Assembly (NCBI GenBank): GCA_000708835.1
Contig: DF237094.1
Span: 62,001-126,000 of the forward strand
Length of the DNA stretch: 64,000 nucleotides
Direction of reading: 5' to 3'
Source of the DNA: Klebsormidium nitens
Lineage: Eukaryota; Plantae; Klebsormidiophyceae
Shown: piece by piece, positions 1 through 13,063 of the stretch
Numbering within the stretch: position 1 is the first letter of the stretch
Layout of the letters: each line of letters starts with the position of its first letter
Made by a program: the position numbers and the translations under genes
Notes under the pieces: model-generated
What the model was told of the DNA's origin: nothing
The model's input: the letters and a program-made list of their open reading frames with translations, nothing else
Database searches by the model: none

Positions 1-3000
1 CAGCCGGGGGTGCCTGCGCTTTGCAGAGCGGGCAGGCCCATTCCTGGTCGTTCGGAAGTGGGGGCGTCTGGGGGGGTAAAACGCAGCGTGTGTGGTACCC
101 CCGCTCGCAGACGTCACAGACGATGATGGCGTGGGTGACGGTTTCTTGCTGGTGGCACATGGGGCACGTGACAGGAAAGTCGACGGAGGAGCGGGGGGAG
201 AGGAAGGGGGCAGTCGCCAGAATCTGTAGGACAGGAACAGATTTCGGAAGTCGAACCCTGTCGAAATTGGCCCGTTTGGAGGCTCGAAACAAATTTAGAT
301 AGAACGAGGCAGCTCGAAATAGGCCGGTGGCAAACTGAAAGAGCTATACCACAAGAGGACTCGTTTTCATGGCAGCAGGCTTTTTGAAGTTCTGATCAAT
401 AAGCGAAAGGCCCCGCATATTTTGTTGGGTTTAATTTGAGCCCGATGTCCTCTCAGAAGAAGAGGCAAGCGAGGGAAAATGCCGTTCAATTTTAGGTTGA
501 CAATGTTGCTCACTAGTGGCTTGTTGCTGCCGCTCCACAAAGTGTAACATACCCACGTTAAAAAGCGCGCAGAGTCTTATTTTGAGTCAAACCGCAGGTC
601 AGAGCTGGTGACCACTTTGTTTAATGTTCAGACATGCAGAGCTCTCCAACTCAGCTCAAGAAAAGGACGAAGCAGAACGATGACGCAGTTCCAAGCGACA
701 CCAACGCAAAGGAGAACAGGTTGTGCGAGCGCGTCGCACCTGCTTCTCGGTCTGAATCGTCACGTGCTTCTGTAGAATGGTCTTCTTCGCCTTCGCCAGC
801 TGCTGCTGGTGCGTCTGGAGGGCCACCGATTGTTGCCGCAGCTGAGACAGCTTCAGCTGAACCTGAAGACAGCGAATGGTAAAGAGGGTTTGAGAGGAGG
901 GTTAGAATTCGAGTTGTGGGCTGCCCAAGAAAGGAGAGTTGCATGCTGTTCGCCTTTCGTTGAGAAGGCTTCTTGCCGTAGCTAGACAGCTTCAGCTGGA
1001 CCTGTAGACGGCGAAGAAAAACGAGAGGGTTTGAGAGGACGGTTAAGAAGCGGGTTAAGGGCTGGCCAAGAAAGGAGAGTCGCATGCTGTTCGCCTTTCC
1101 TTGAAAGCTTTCCTTCCGTAGCCGAGACACCGTTTCCGCTGAAGCTGAGGATGGCAAGCGGGAAAGCGTGGATTTCACCAATGGGTACAAATGGAGGGGT
1201 TAAGCAAGCGTCAGAGGCGGGTCACGATGAAAAATAAAGAAATGGGGTACCAGTTGGCCAAAGAGGGAAGGTTTCGCAAGCGGCTTGTCCTGACTACCCT
1301 TCAGTCGACGGCTCTGCTTTATGGGGTCCATCTTTTAACCTCAGGGCAACCGAGCAAGCCGGTCTCTGGTTTTGCTTTCACTAATAAATCTCTTCCAACG
1401 TTCAAATCTTCTTCATGACCCGTTTTTCAAAGCTCTCATTTAAGGAAGAAAAAGGGAAAGATCGCTCGGCTCACCTCTCTGAGCATCGCCAGCGACTGGT
1501 CCTCCACCTCGCGTTCCTGCGCCATGTAAGCTTCCAGCTGCTGTTGCACCTCCGCTAGCTTTCCGCTGACGTGCTGCTCGATCAGCTCCACCTGCCGGAA
1601 CTGCGTCAGCAGCTGCTGTTGCTCGCGCAAGTGGGCCTGCGTAAGGGTTTACGTGTCAGGTTGAAGAGTGGATCAGCGCTGGTTACCAATCTGACCCTCG
1701 AAGGCCATGTATGCTGAGCTTCGAAACCTCTTCACCAGCAACAGCTGCTGCTATCGTGCGTCTGGACCTGCAAAGCTGGGTTGCAACACGAATTTGAACG
1801 GAAACTTTTGAAGGCTTTAAGTTGGAAAGATCCTGAGTATGTACCACCCGACGCAGTCAAGCGAATTGTCTGTACCTGCCGGGACTGTGACAGCAGCTGC
1901 CACTGCTCGCAAGTGGGTCTGCCGAACGGAAGTAGGTTTCAGTGTTTGAAAGGATATGTAAGCACTAGACGCTGAGAAGGTGCCAACTATGAGGGAGCAA
2001 AGATTGCGAGCAGATTGTCTGCACCTGTCGGAAAAGCGTCTGCAGCTGCTGCTCGCGCAACTGGCATGCGAAATGGGGTTGGCCAGGGGGCCGGCAATCA
2101 GGTAAATAATCATATGTCATGAGTGGCCTACCCCGCGGGAGTGCACTCTGAGTGACCGTTCCAAACGTGCTTTACATGTTGCGCCCTACACAAGGCCACC
2201 GCGAAGGGCAACAGGCAGTAATCACGCAACAATCGCCCCTGGTGGCCAGCACATCAATCTCAATGGTGCGATACATCAATAAAGCTGAAGTTGATCTCGA
2301 TTTCCTCCTGCACCACAATTCCCGTCCAGTCGCGAACACAAATACAGGGAAAACGGGGCGAGCCTTTCCTTCACATCATACCAATATGAGATAAGTGGAA
2401 TCTGCACCGCCTCAAGCCGCACCTCGATCTTCTTCTGCACACTTTTCCGGTCCGGCAGCCCCGTCGGGATCCCCACTTGCCAGGGCGTTTGCTGACCGGC
2501 CGCTCGGAGTTGCTGATCCAATTCGGTTAGGACTTTGCCTTGCCCTGCTGCCAATGCGATGGCAGCCGCTTCCGTGGGAGTGACTTGACCGGCCAGGGGG
2601 GGGCCGTAGCGAACATTCGGGGGGGTCCTTGCAGGGGTTTGGGAGGGGGGTGTCTGGGAGTATGAAGGACCTGTAGGAAAGTGGAAGTGGAAGAGGGTTG
2701 ACAGGATTTCAAGGGGAGGGCGAGGTTCAGTAGTCAAAATAAAACGTTCCTCGAGAGATGTTCGTTTGATTTGTTGCTGTCCAACGTCAAACCGTTTACC
2801 TCAAAGAAGAGTATAGAAGTTTGACGGACAGAAAAGCTGGGCGATCCACGGTTTCGTTGTGTGGTATAGCAGCCATTGCCGAGGAACCGATTTGACACGA
2901 GGACATCAGCAAAGAGTGCACGCTGAGCTCTTGTTACCTCCACCTCCCTAGGGTTGCACAACGTCCGAGGCATCAAGCATATAGAGTTCACGCACCGGTA

Positions 3001-5290
3001 AAGTCAACTGCAGACAAGAGGACCTTCCGAATACAAGCAGCAAATTAATCCTACTGAGGGCCAGGTTGATTCGAACTAGCAAGCCCCAAAGCGTTCAAAA
3101 TCATTGGCAGGGAAGTTCGTTCACTGGAACGGATCGCACCCTCTGAGGACATTCGGTGCACCAATCTGTAACAAAACAAGGTTTGAATATGCAAAGAAAT
3201 CTTTGAGGACTAACCAGTCGCAGGCGTGATTTGACTGCGGGCTCCGGGCGGCTGAGCACCGCCTGCCGTAAGGCTGGGAGCGCCTGTTTGCTTTGCCAGC
3301 AGCTCTTGTGCCGCGAAAGCCGTAAGCGCAGCCACAGAGGGGGAGACCTGATGTAAAGAAGAATGACGAATCCACATTACGAGACTAGAACAGCTCAGGG
3401 CAATTTGCCACAACCTTCCAATTGGCGGTTAGGGATGGCTAGATGACTAATGCATAGCGTCCCACATACTACCCCTTAGAGGGTTTGTAGGCATCAGCTA
3501 TCTGCATTTAAGCTGGTCAGCTGAAGACTCGAATCTGCGGGACCTTACCATTCAAAAATGCTTGTGAATATTGATGCAAAGAACAGTCTGATGCCACAAG
3601 CAGGATTGAGATTTTCAACGCACCGAAAGTCTAACATTGAAGCAACCTGCAGGCCCCCTTACTGTTCACTCACTGACTCTAGCTCCACCGCTTCCTGCGA
3701 AGAAGTGGCACTTTGTTAGTGTCTTCAAATAAAGAATGGATGTTCTTAGTGTCCCTACCTTCCTGGGGATACGGGCTTCTGGGGCCTCTGAGGGATCCCC
3801 CTGCTCGTCAGGACGTTCCTGGACCTCAGCCTCACGCAGACCAAGGCTCCGCAGTGTGTGGTCAATCTGCACAATCAAGCACCAAAGGTTGACACACAAG
3901 CCGGACAGCAGAAACTGCACCTTAGGGAACAAGGACACTCGGTAGCCAGTTGCGATATAACAAGTGCATGACATGAGAGAAAATCTGGCCGCTAAGAGCA
4001 ACCATAAATCTTTGCAAGGCAAATCGTTTAATTGTGCTTTTCAAAGGCTGGAGCTCTGTCAAACACAGCACGCTTGCAAGTCAACTAAAACTTGATGCTT
4101 GAGCCAACAAGGCATGAGAGGTTCTGGCTCCTTCCTGATCTTTCGATGCGCAGGAATCACCATAAAAGCTCCTCACAATTGAAACACAGACAGGCCCACT
4201 TCAACTGAAATCATCTACAGCGCTTGGGCAGGCAAGCAATCAATCCTCAGCACTGCACCGGCCAGGTTGAAATGATCATTGGACTTAGTATCTACCAAAC
4301 ACATTTTTGTGGCGTTTTGAAAGCAATTACACTTGATGTATTCTGAATTCCTGAAAGCAACAACAGCAAGAAGACACTCACCGCCCGTTTGGACACCAGT
4401 TCGTTTGGAAGCGTTTTTGACGCAAGGCGATAGACATTCTCGTAGGCCTCCGCCATCAAGTTATCCTCCACCTCGGTTGGGGGCCGCCCAGCGCGCACCT
4501 TGGCCAATTGAGATAGTGTCAAAAGGATGACAGACGTGCGGTCCAACAGAGCCTCATCGTTGTTGACACTGTTTCTCACGCCGTTGTCTGGAAAACTTCC
4601 CCTGCCCTGATTGGTTCCTCCTTCCCTGTCAGCGCTTGCATCAGCTGAATGCGTGTCTGCTTGAAGCGGTGTGCCAGAGCGGTGTGCCACCTCATATGCT
4701 GACTCGTTTGGAGTTCGCTGGTCCACATGCTCATCAGGAGGGCCTGCACCTTCAGAGAAGCCAGTCTCATATGTGCGGCCCTCCTTTGCAACAACTCCTC
4801 CATCAGCACCACCATTTGTGCCGCTTTCAGACTGCCCAGGCATATCCTCAATGGCCTCTACGCCATCACGTGGACTTTTGGTGTCCTCAGGCACCTCTGG
4901 CACAGCAGTCTCCGCTTCAGGAGTCATCGTTTCTGCTTCCTGCGCAGGAGTGCCTGGCAGGAGTTTAAAGTCGGTCGCTGTCGGTGTTTCATGCTGCGGT
5001 ACAGTGTCTCTCCCATCGGCGCTAGTCACTACATGCTTAGCTGGCCGGCTTTCCTCCTCAGTGTCAGAAACTCGTTTGCGTTTTGCACCAGCAGTGTCTG
5101 AAGCCACTCTATCAAGAACACGCTGCAACGCAGGCAGGGCGACGTTGAGCTCTTTCAACAAGCTTCCTACTTCAGCCAGAGTGACAGAAGCGATGACGTC
5201 GGTGTTTTCGCCGTCTGACTCTCCTAACTCTCCCAACTTTCCATTTGGAGGAGCTTCCTCCATTGCTGCTGAGACCTGCACCTCCGCCAT
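1..5290 (-). CDS. Multi-exon PHD finger protein (plant At3g20280/At1g50620-like family) with a coiled coil; 3' end lies outside the window
   Basis: The exon at 1-223 translates CPMC...CDVCERGYHTRC...WACPLC, a C4HC3 PHD finger. The first exon (ORF 4292-5290) contains VILLTLSQLAKVRAGRPPTEVEDNLMAEA, resembling the helical N-terminal motif of this plant PHD family. The phase-0 exons 1472-1637 and 740-862 encode a Gln/Leu-rich coiled coil (REQQQLLTQFRQVELIEQ...; VQLKLSQLRQQSVALQTHQQQL...). Further exons lie near 2400-2670, 3210-3348 and 3755-3867. Confidence 0.8.
820..1190 (-). repeat. Three ~140-bp tandem copies of a splice acceptor plus exon 5' end; only the copy starting at 862 continues into the real exon
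   Basis: On the minus strand, 'cttcag|gttcagctgaagctgtctcagctgcgg' (862) recurs as 'ctacag|gtccagctgaagctgtctagctacgg' (~1003) and 'cctcag|cttcagcggaaacggtgtctcggctacgg' (~1145). The flanking 'aggcgaacagcatgc(a/g)actctcc' is also repeated. Confidence 0.8.
1600..2080 (-). repeat. Four ~145-bp-period degenerate copies of an acceptor plus exon 5' end
   Basis: The motif 'ttgcgcgagca(a)cagcagctgc' from the real exon (starts 1637) recurs in decayed form near 1742-1775, 1890-1925 and 2040-2070. Confidence 0.7.
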
Positions 5291-5479
5291 TTGGCTGGCC
5301 TGTCAACGTGGCAAGAGAAGGGATCAAGATCTTGGGAAATCTTCTCGGCTGCAACCTGTGCCTCCAGAGCAGCTCAAGCCGATGCCAATGCTACAATGCT
5401 TAGCGAAGTCGCGCATGGCAGGCCAGCGCCCCTTCGCGCCACTTCAAGTTCTACTACCTAGCTAGAGAGTGCAAACTGC

Positions 5480-5640
5480 AGACTGCAGACCTTGAATGTT
5501 TGAGCTGCTCGAGCGGGATCACGCTTCAAAACCCGCAAACCCGGCCGGCAAATGCGATCGCGCGCGGCCGCGCAGTCGCTGATCAATCGACGATATCGGA
5601 CCCCGGCCGGAACGCCGGCGGCCTAGACGGTAAAGCTGCC
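5480..5640. promoter_or_regulatory. GC-rich putative bidirectional promoter, duplicated at 14215-14340
   Basis: Lies between the divergent starts of the PHD gene and the Uma2-like pseudogene. Contains CTTCAAAACCCGCAAACCCGG and GCGGCCGC (5564-5571), with a near-identical block at 14220-14290. Promoter function is inferred from position only. Confidence 0.45.
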
Positions 5641-5789
5641 CGGCCAGACTGAGAAATCGACATCCAATAGTGAGGACAGGGAAAAGCTATCTGACTGAGT
5701 ATGCGAACAGCACGTCCCTGATCAACCCATCTTTACTTGAGTATATTTGCCAGCTGGCCGCGAGCACGTCAGTACATCGCCGCGGCAAG

Positions 5790-8700
5790 CATGATGGCGC
5801 CGTTTCAATGCGCAGCTGTGATCCAGGCAGAAGACTTGGGCGAAAGCAGGTAGGCCAGCCCCCATTGATACCCGATGTCCCGTGAGATGGCTTGAACTAA
5901 ACGGCAGGAAGACTCTACGTCGCTTTCTCGCTTGACCCAGCAGGTTTTGCTCCATGAACTGTCTGCCACCAGATTTGCAGGGACGTGCTACATGTGCAAA
6001 AGATCAATGGAGCGTCTTACAGCAGTCTTACTATGTTGACTGCGTTTTTCTTTGCTTCCAAAACTAGTACTTCGCGATGTCGCAAAAGCTAAAATCCGAG
6101 TGGTTGGTAAGAGTGTCAGTCTTTGAACAAAAGCCCCTGTGAGGAAGGATCCGTGGAGTCCACGATGTCGATCCTACTCTTCAGCGACTGGGATTGAACG
6201 GACATGAATAAATTTGAACTACCTGAGTTTCATTCACTGCCCCCTGATTATATTAAGTTACTAGATTAGTAGAGGCCCCCTAGAGGCCTTTTGGCAGCTA
6301 TTCAATAATGAAAGACGGTTGAATAACTTCGTAGTCTGGCAGGAGGGGAGCAAGAGGACGGAAGTTTTTAGGAAGTTTTTCCCACCTTCGATCTGATTAT
6401 ACCTCTTCCGCTGAAGGATGTGATTAACCACGAGATGTACCTTGCGGGAATCCGTTACTCATTCTGTCACACTTTCTTGTGGCAAGCATTCATCGACTCT
6501 CCTGCAGCACCATCGAGGATCATAAAGCAGATGGACTCGACGAAATCGAAGCTGGTAATGACGTACAACTCATATGATCCGGTTCCAACTGGGCTGACTC
6601 CTCTCTTGTTAAAAGTGGATCGAGCTGGATGTCGACAATCTAGACGTCCAAAGAGTCTGATTAAATTTCAACCAAAATGTTAACCGTAATTTAAGTAGAG
6701 TCTCACTCAACTTCAACTCGGGTGTAACTGAAACTTCCTGCCTCACATTCCAGGCTGGAGGAATATACGAAGGCCTTCAAATGCGCACAGCAACGGTTCC
6801 AGGAGCAGATCAAGTCTGAAGAGCGATTGGAGGAGCCCTTTCACACGGGCATCTACATGACTGTCGACGAGTTTCGCCGGTGGCAGACTCCGATCAGCCC
6901 CACCCACGAAAACGTTGTGTGGCTACACCAGGGGGAGGTGCTCATATTGGGCAGCTGAGAGAGTCCGGTGCTGATTGCAAGGACGGCGCTAGACTCAATG
7001 CGCGAGGCGGTTCATCAAAATGAGAAACTTGGTACGTCTGTAGCTCGAGCGTTGAGGAAAGCTCGGTCGTGTTGGGGTCTTTCGATACCTGGCAAAGCGA
7101 ACTAGTGTGCGACAGAATCTTGTCATCTTGGCAGGAATCGAAGAGGTTACTGTGCGACCGTGAATTGGCTCCTGGGAAAAGCTTTGAGACGAACCTGCTT
7201 TGCCCAAAAAGGACTACTTGCTGGAATGACGGCGGAAGCCTTACGTCAGCATGCCCCTGGCCTTATTCTCGTGGCAAGCATCACAGAAGCGGAACAAGAT
7301 TCTCTAAGCTTGCGAAGGGCAACCCTTTTGGGCCGTTTCCGACTGACCAAGATCTTTTTGAGCAACTAAAGTTCGTGAGGTTGCACGAACACAAAGTGCT
7401 GGGTATCTGGTGACTGGGAAAGTTTCTCAAAGTTCAAGTGTGCTTACGCAAAAGTCGTTTTCGTGCAGTGGCCACAGGGCCGCTCGGGCGGATCCCGATT
7501 CGCGAGTTCAGGGCTCGTTTTCGCGCCACCTCTGCTTTCTACGAATGTTCAAAGGCTGCTTGCCACCTGTCCTGGAAAGTGGGCGATCGTAAAATTCCGA
7601 ATATTGCCCTGCACGCTTTTGAACCCTGGGCGGCGCGGCCTTTCATGCAAGCCTTCGGCCTCGGGTGAGTTTCTCGAGGATTCGCTCTACGTAGGAACCT
7701 GCAGATTTCTTTGGACTTTGTACTGGAGAGCATAAAAGCACGGTCAAATACTTTTCTTCAGATGGTGCATCAAAGGGCAGAGCAGTGGGCTTATAATCCT
7801 TACAGCTTGGTAAGCAAAGGTCTTTTTCGTAGTCTTCGAGTTCATCTGGTTCTGCGTGAGCTGGATTAGAAAGTTTGAGTCTTACTGAAATTCAATCCGG
7901 GTGACAACGTTGCACCCGCTCTACGGGCTGAACATTTGTACAGGCGTCGACCCAAGAACTTTTACCACTTCATATCGAGGTTCATTCGACGCACGTAAGG
8001 AATCAGTATCCGAGACAGAATCCGACATGATTCCGATTGAATTTAGAAAGTCCTTTCTGTACCAAGCGGGCTTCAAACTGGGCGAGTCGTAAGTGTAAAC
8101 ACTTTCGTTGTTTCATAACTCACCGATGCGGAGCACCTGTCTTTTCTACAGTCTCGACGTCCTCCTTTGACCGAAATTCGTGTGTTTTGGAAGCAGGCTC
8201 CCAATTGCAACGGTATCAAATTCTATCGTTGTAGGATCTTAATTCGGGAGCTTTCTCACTTCCACTCGTTTCAACGCCCTTCTTTCGCAGATTCATGGAG
8301 GCCTTTCCCAAATGCAACGTCTTTCTGGGCTTCTCTCCGAACCCCACCTCTGTTCAGGCGTTTGCCATGGGGCGCGATCCCGCGGATCCGAGCGCAGAAC
8401 CGGTCGTGCAAACCGATTTGAAAGCCGACGAACTCTCAGTCCCTCTAGCGGTCATCTTTCAGGAGGGAGGGAGAATCTTCCTGACAAGCTGCAGGTGAGC
8501 TCACACACGGCCGTCTCAGTGGGAAATTTTGACAGCTGTACAAGCGCCCGGGGGACTGGGGGGGTTAGTCCTGGATTAGGACGGGTGCGAATGGAAATGC
8601 ATGAATGGGTTCTTATTAGGGTTCAGAGTTTCACTTTGTTGAGCCCTGGGCCCGCCCTGGGCTTCTAGCTGAGACTCTTTGCTCTTCAAGCGCGTTCATT

Positions 8701-8930
8701 TGGGAAAGTCAACCCCCGCAAGACTTGTCGCTTTATGCGGACAGGAGGTTTAGGAACGGCTCCTGGCATGCCGCAATTCTGGATGCGTCTCAAACTGAAC
8801 TACGTGAGTGGGAAGTCGGCGAGGTATTCGTCTTCGCATACCCGCGCTCAGTGGAGCTGGCACACAATATTGACTGGCGCGCAAGCGTTCTCCGACGCGT
8901 TGCTGAATGCGCAGATCAGGCCTCGTGAAG
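5790..8930 (+). pseudogene. Uma2/DUF820-like PD-(D/E)XK endonuclease pseudogene, copy 1
   Basis: Translates MTVDEFRRW...VVWLHQGEVLILGS*ESPV (in-frame TGA at 6956-6958), then RADPD...PPVLE-(frameshift ~7576)-VGDRKIPNIALHAFEPW, then an exon with TSVQAF...LSVPLAVIF (8295-8495, GTGAG donor). These match Uma2-type motifs as recalled (TxxEF, G-E-x...P.H, PD, VLEVG). Confidence 0.55.
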
Positions 8931-11900
8931 CAGCTGATTGCAGATTGTTCAAGTGCCGCGCCAATCTGAGGCACTCAACAAAACAGCAGTATGAGGAGCT
9001 TCCAGATTGGTCAGACCTGGCATTACTGGGCTCATCATTGCAATAACGCGACTCTTCTTGGCATTCTCCTTCTTGACAGGCGAGTGCCGATCTTAAGATG
9101 TAACGCTGGACCTGAAAGTGGCCCACCTGGACTACTTAGAATGGCTCGGGTATTACCTCAACGGATGGCCGCCAGAATAGGGAGCGCGTGAAGCACGATG
9201 GATGAAAGTAGCTGGATAGAATAGTTGAAATGTTTGACAAAGCAATGTTCAGATATCAGCCATTTTTCGCGGCTGCTAGTATGAGCAACCGAGTTGTCAG
9301 ATCTTCGTGCATATTTTGACAGTTTGTACGGCTATTGGACGAAACCTTCGTCAACTCTTACCCTCTTCGTGCAGATAAGGGGGAAAAGTGGGGCATCGGA
9401 GCACCGTCAGAATAGCGGCGAAATAAGATCGAAGCAGAACTTCCACAACCCGCCTCTTGACCCGTTGATGCCAGAATAAGCGATGCAATCGTCATAAACC
9501 TGGCGGCTTTCAATTAATTCGTTGTTTTCACACATTCACACTGTGCTTAAGTAATTACGTGCCAGGTCGATCAATGACATCAGACTTTCAATGGTGATCA
9601 CGTAAGTCGTAGAAGATACTGAGGTTAGTACCCCAGTGTGAGCTCGAAGGCAGCTCAAGCCTAGACGCTGCACTGTGCACGCGTGCATTGGTGCATACTG
9701 ACTATAATCAGTCTGTACACAACGGTGACCAAGATGCGCGGCAGGTTTGAAAAAGTATTTCGTGACAGGAAGATATATGGCGCCAGTAACATGGAAATAT
9801 ACTGGCTAGCTTGGCGCTCGAGCGGCATGCGCCGGCCACAGTCATCAGAGTCCGACCGTCGAGGTTTTCACCGAAATTGATTGCGCAATGTATTAGCTAG
9901 GAGAATGTATACATCCGTTCAACTTTCGATTTCGGCCCGGAATCAATTCCACATCTTTGCCTCAAGGAACCTTAAGAATTTTCGTGATCGTGCCTATACC
10001 TAGACTTTCATATCATCACTGAGTCATGTCTGAACATCACAGAAATGAAATGTCGGCCTACCACATGCGCCACACCTTGCCTCATCCGTGCCAGACTGTC
10101 GCAATCGTGAAGCTCATGACTCATAGCCTTCAATGATTGACTTGCATGGCATTAAATAGAAAACGGTTTCGGCCTCACTGAGCCGCTAATGCGCTATTAC
10201 ATCGTTCCCGCACCTTATCATTGTTGCAACGGCAGTTTTCTGTCTCTAACATCATTGTCCCCTCACGAAAAGGCTCCCTTCAACGTAGCACTTACGATTC
10301 TGCTTGATCCGGGCAGCGCAGCGAGCGAGTCTGTACCAGAAGAAGCCAAACAACCTCATCAAGACGCTCATTATTGAACCCAACGCACCGAGACACCACC
10401 GAAGAAATGCGAAGTACTGCACGCTTGTGACATATTGATGTCTCGAGATCTTGCAAGAGCCTAAGACATCACAGACTACGAGCAAGTCGCGTTAGCACGT
10501 CGTCGTTAAGACACAGCTGAAAAATTCAAAACGGTATCCCTTCGCAAGGTCGTTTGGAGAGTCGGCGTCAACCAGCTTAGTCTTTCGTCCGAATGCTACT
10601 TAACGAAGCAATCAGCCTTATCTGGGCCTACCCAACTTTCATTCAAACCGTTTCCTCGCGCGAGCGGGGCAAGAAGGGACGGCTAAGAGACTTCCGGCTT
10701 TGCGAACGGTTCAGAATGAAGAAGAAAGCCGAGGGGGATCCCCAGAAGTTGCCACGTGGCGGAGCTGACTGACCTCGGCCTCGAGCGTCATTCTCGACAA
10801 TTGGAGAATGAGGCGGGGGCCAGGTTGACAGCTGGCAAGTGATGTCGAGCTACAAGCTGGTGCTGACGAGGTGCTGACGTCGGTCTCTCGCTCCAAACCA
10901 AACCGGAGCCGCCCATGAGCGTCATGAGCCGTCCACTGGTGGAAAGAGAGGGTTGGTTAGCAAGTGAATTGAAGGAGCTCTTCCTAGAGAAAGTGGAAGG
11001 GATGCAATAGCCGGTGATGAAAAAAGCAGAGAGGGCTCTCGTATTTAATGGGTAAAACAGAGCAAGAGCGCGGTATGTTCCTGTCAAATTACATAAAGAC
11101 GACGTCCATTCAAAATTCTATCTAGTCGGCACACACAGCGAGACGTGTAGATCGGAGCACAAGGCCTGTTCGATTTCACGACAGCGTGGACGTGCAGGTC
11201 ACGACCCTCGTCGAGCTGCCTCTAAAAACCTTGTTCGCCAAAAGTTGGACGTGTCTGGCGCCTTGGATATGCCCAATTGGTCACAACTGAGATCTTCGAG
11301 CAAGCTACTTCGAGTACCTTCGAAAAGGTACACGGAAAGTCGCTCCTAAAGCAATCAGCGTCTTGCCATCGTGCGCCGTCCATTCCTCTTCCCGCTGGAC
11401 GTCGTTCGCGATCGAAGAAGTATGGGACAAGGCAACATGCAGCCCAAGACGCGGGACACGTGAAAGGTGTGGCAGAAAGCAAAGCCGGATGACAGTCGTT
11501 TATCAAACGAGGAGAAACTGCCAAAGCGGTGGCTGTGCTCACGCTTGGATGGAAAATAACAGCCGCGGTAGCGTCTGGTAGGTGAGCTTCTGCGGGTCCG
11601 GGATTCGGCGATGGTGTGTGAGAAAAAAGTTTTTCGTCATGCTTGAGAGATGCTGGCGAGAGGAGCGCGTGGAAGCGGCACCGGGACGCCGGAACTGCTC
11701 CACGTTCACCCAGGAACAGCAGGGACTCGACCGCCACAACGCGCCTCTGCACGAGAGGAAGTGACAGTCATGATCTAAGAGCACTGACAAAAATTGGAAG
11801 GGTTTGGAGCTAGCTGCTGAGCTCGCACATGCTGTTATCGAGGGACCTCTCAAAGCGCCCTGAACTTGGTGCATATAGGTGCCAGGCAGAGTCTCGGCCA

Positions 11901-13063
11901 AGAAACAACTGAGCCCCGATGTCACAGTGGGCTGCACATTCTTAGCCCGTGTTCAGCAGAGTAAGGCCCAGCCGCTGAGCAACAACTTCTGGGCCAGCTT
12001 AGCTGTGAGGCGTCTTCTGAGCTGCGGAGTGAACCATGGGTCCTCGTAGAACTTCCAAGGAGTAAAAGGAAAAACGGAGTATGTTTGAGGAAGCATAGGA
12101 ATGGCTTGTGTGAGGCAACCTTTGAACGTCCTCATCCCTCACCTCAAACTCCATCGAGCTGTGCACACGCGCGGTCGCCTGCGCGCTCGGGTGACCTTGA
12201 TTCCCCAAGCCTCGTGGGCAGGCATACATTTCCACTGGGAATCGCCAAGAGCGAACGACAAGCGCCGCAGGTCACCCTTCCCACAGCCGCTGCTGTTGCA
12301 GAGAGCGCAGATGCCGCGGCCGTCTTGGACCGGAACTCCTTCAGGCCCGCGGGATGCGCGCCAGCGCAGACCGACTGTGATACCAGTACTGCAGAGATGG
12401 AAGCGAATGTTGTCAGGCGCAGGACTGATAGCGCGACGGCAAGGGAAGCTCCAGGCGGCTTTTCTAGTCAGCGGAAACAGCTTGCGTTGCGGTGCCTCCG
12501 CTGTGGCAGCAGCATGGCAGCCGCTGCATATATGGTTCGGTTATCATATCATGAACCGAATCGGAAGGAACCAACTATGGCTTACAGTCTCACAGAAGAG
12601 TGGCCATCACATTGTACGAGGACTGGTGGTGTTTCTCAAAACCCCCTAAAACCCTTGGTCGACAATGCATCGTTTGACAAGACGAATGTTGCTACAATTT
12701 TCGTCTTTTGCCAAGCCCTCGTACTCTGAAGCCCTCGTACTTCTAGAACATCAGCGTTTGAGTTGGATCCGAAGTCACAAAGAGGGGGAAGATACATGCA
12801 GTCTTTCCAAAGACGCTGCTCACATGAGACGATTTGATGATGACGGTGATGTCCCAAGCGGACACCTTGTTCAAAGGGCTCGCTCACACCTGGCAGCGAG
12901 AGTGCTGGAACAAAGGGTGTTGTCTTTGGAGTAGGCGCTTTACTCATGCATGCCAGCCAGGCCAGATAGATTCAGGCATCCTGGTCAAACCCTGGAGAAT
13001 CATCTGTTTCAAGCTGGAAGTACTACTTTCTAAAACGAGCGCGAGAGCGAGAGCTCTCAGAAA

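Noticed and set aside
651-1190. 179-aa minus-strand ORF from the track
   Set aside because: The splice phase shows the real exon (740-862) is read in another frame (VQLKLSQLRQQ...). The rest is intronic repeat.
4671-5465. 264-aa plus-strand ORF
   Set aside because: Antisense to exon 1 of the PHD gene and low complexity.
6956-6958. In-frame TGA codons as selenocysteine or a variant genetic code
   Set aside because: The lesions also include TAG and frameshifts, the paralogs have sense codons at these sites, and intact genes here end in TGA. Pseudogenisation explains them better.
10700-12730. Cluster of overlapping ORFs, including 12085-12729 and 12101-12649
   Set aside because: Open frames alternate with frequent stops, and I found no motif or consistent splice model. 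It may be an old pseudogene but cannot be supported.
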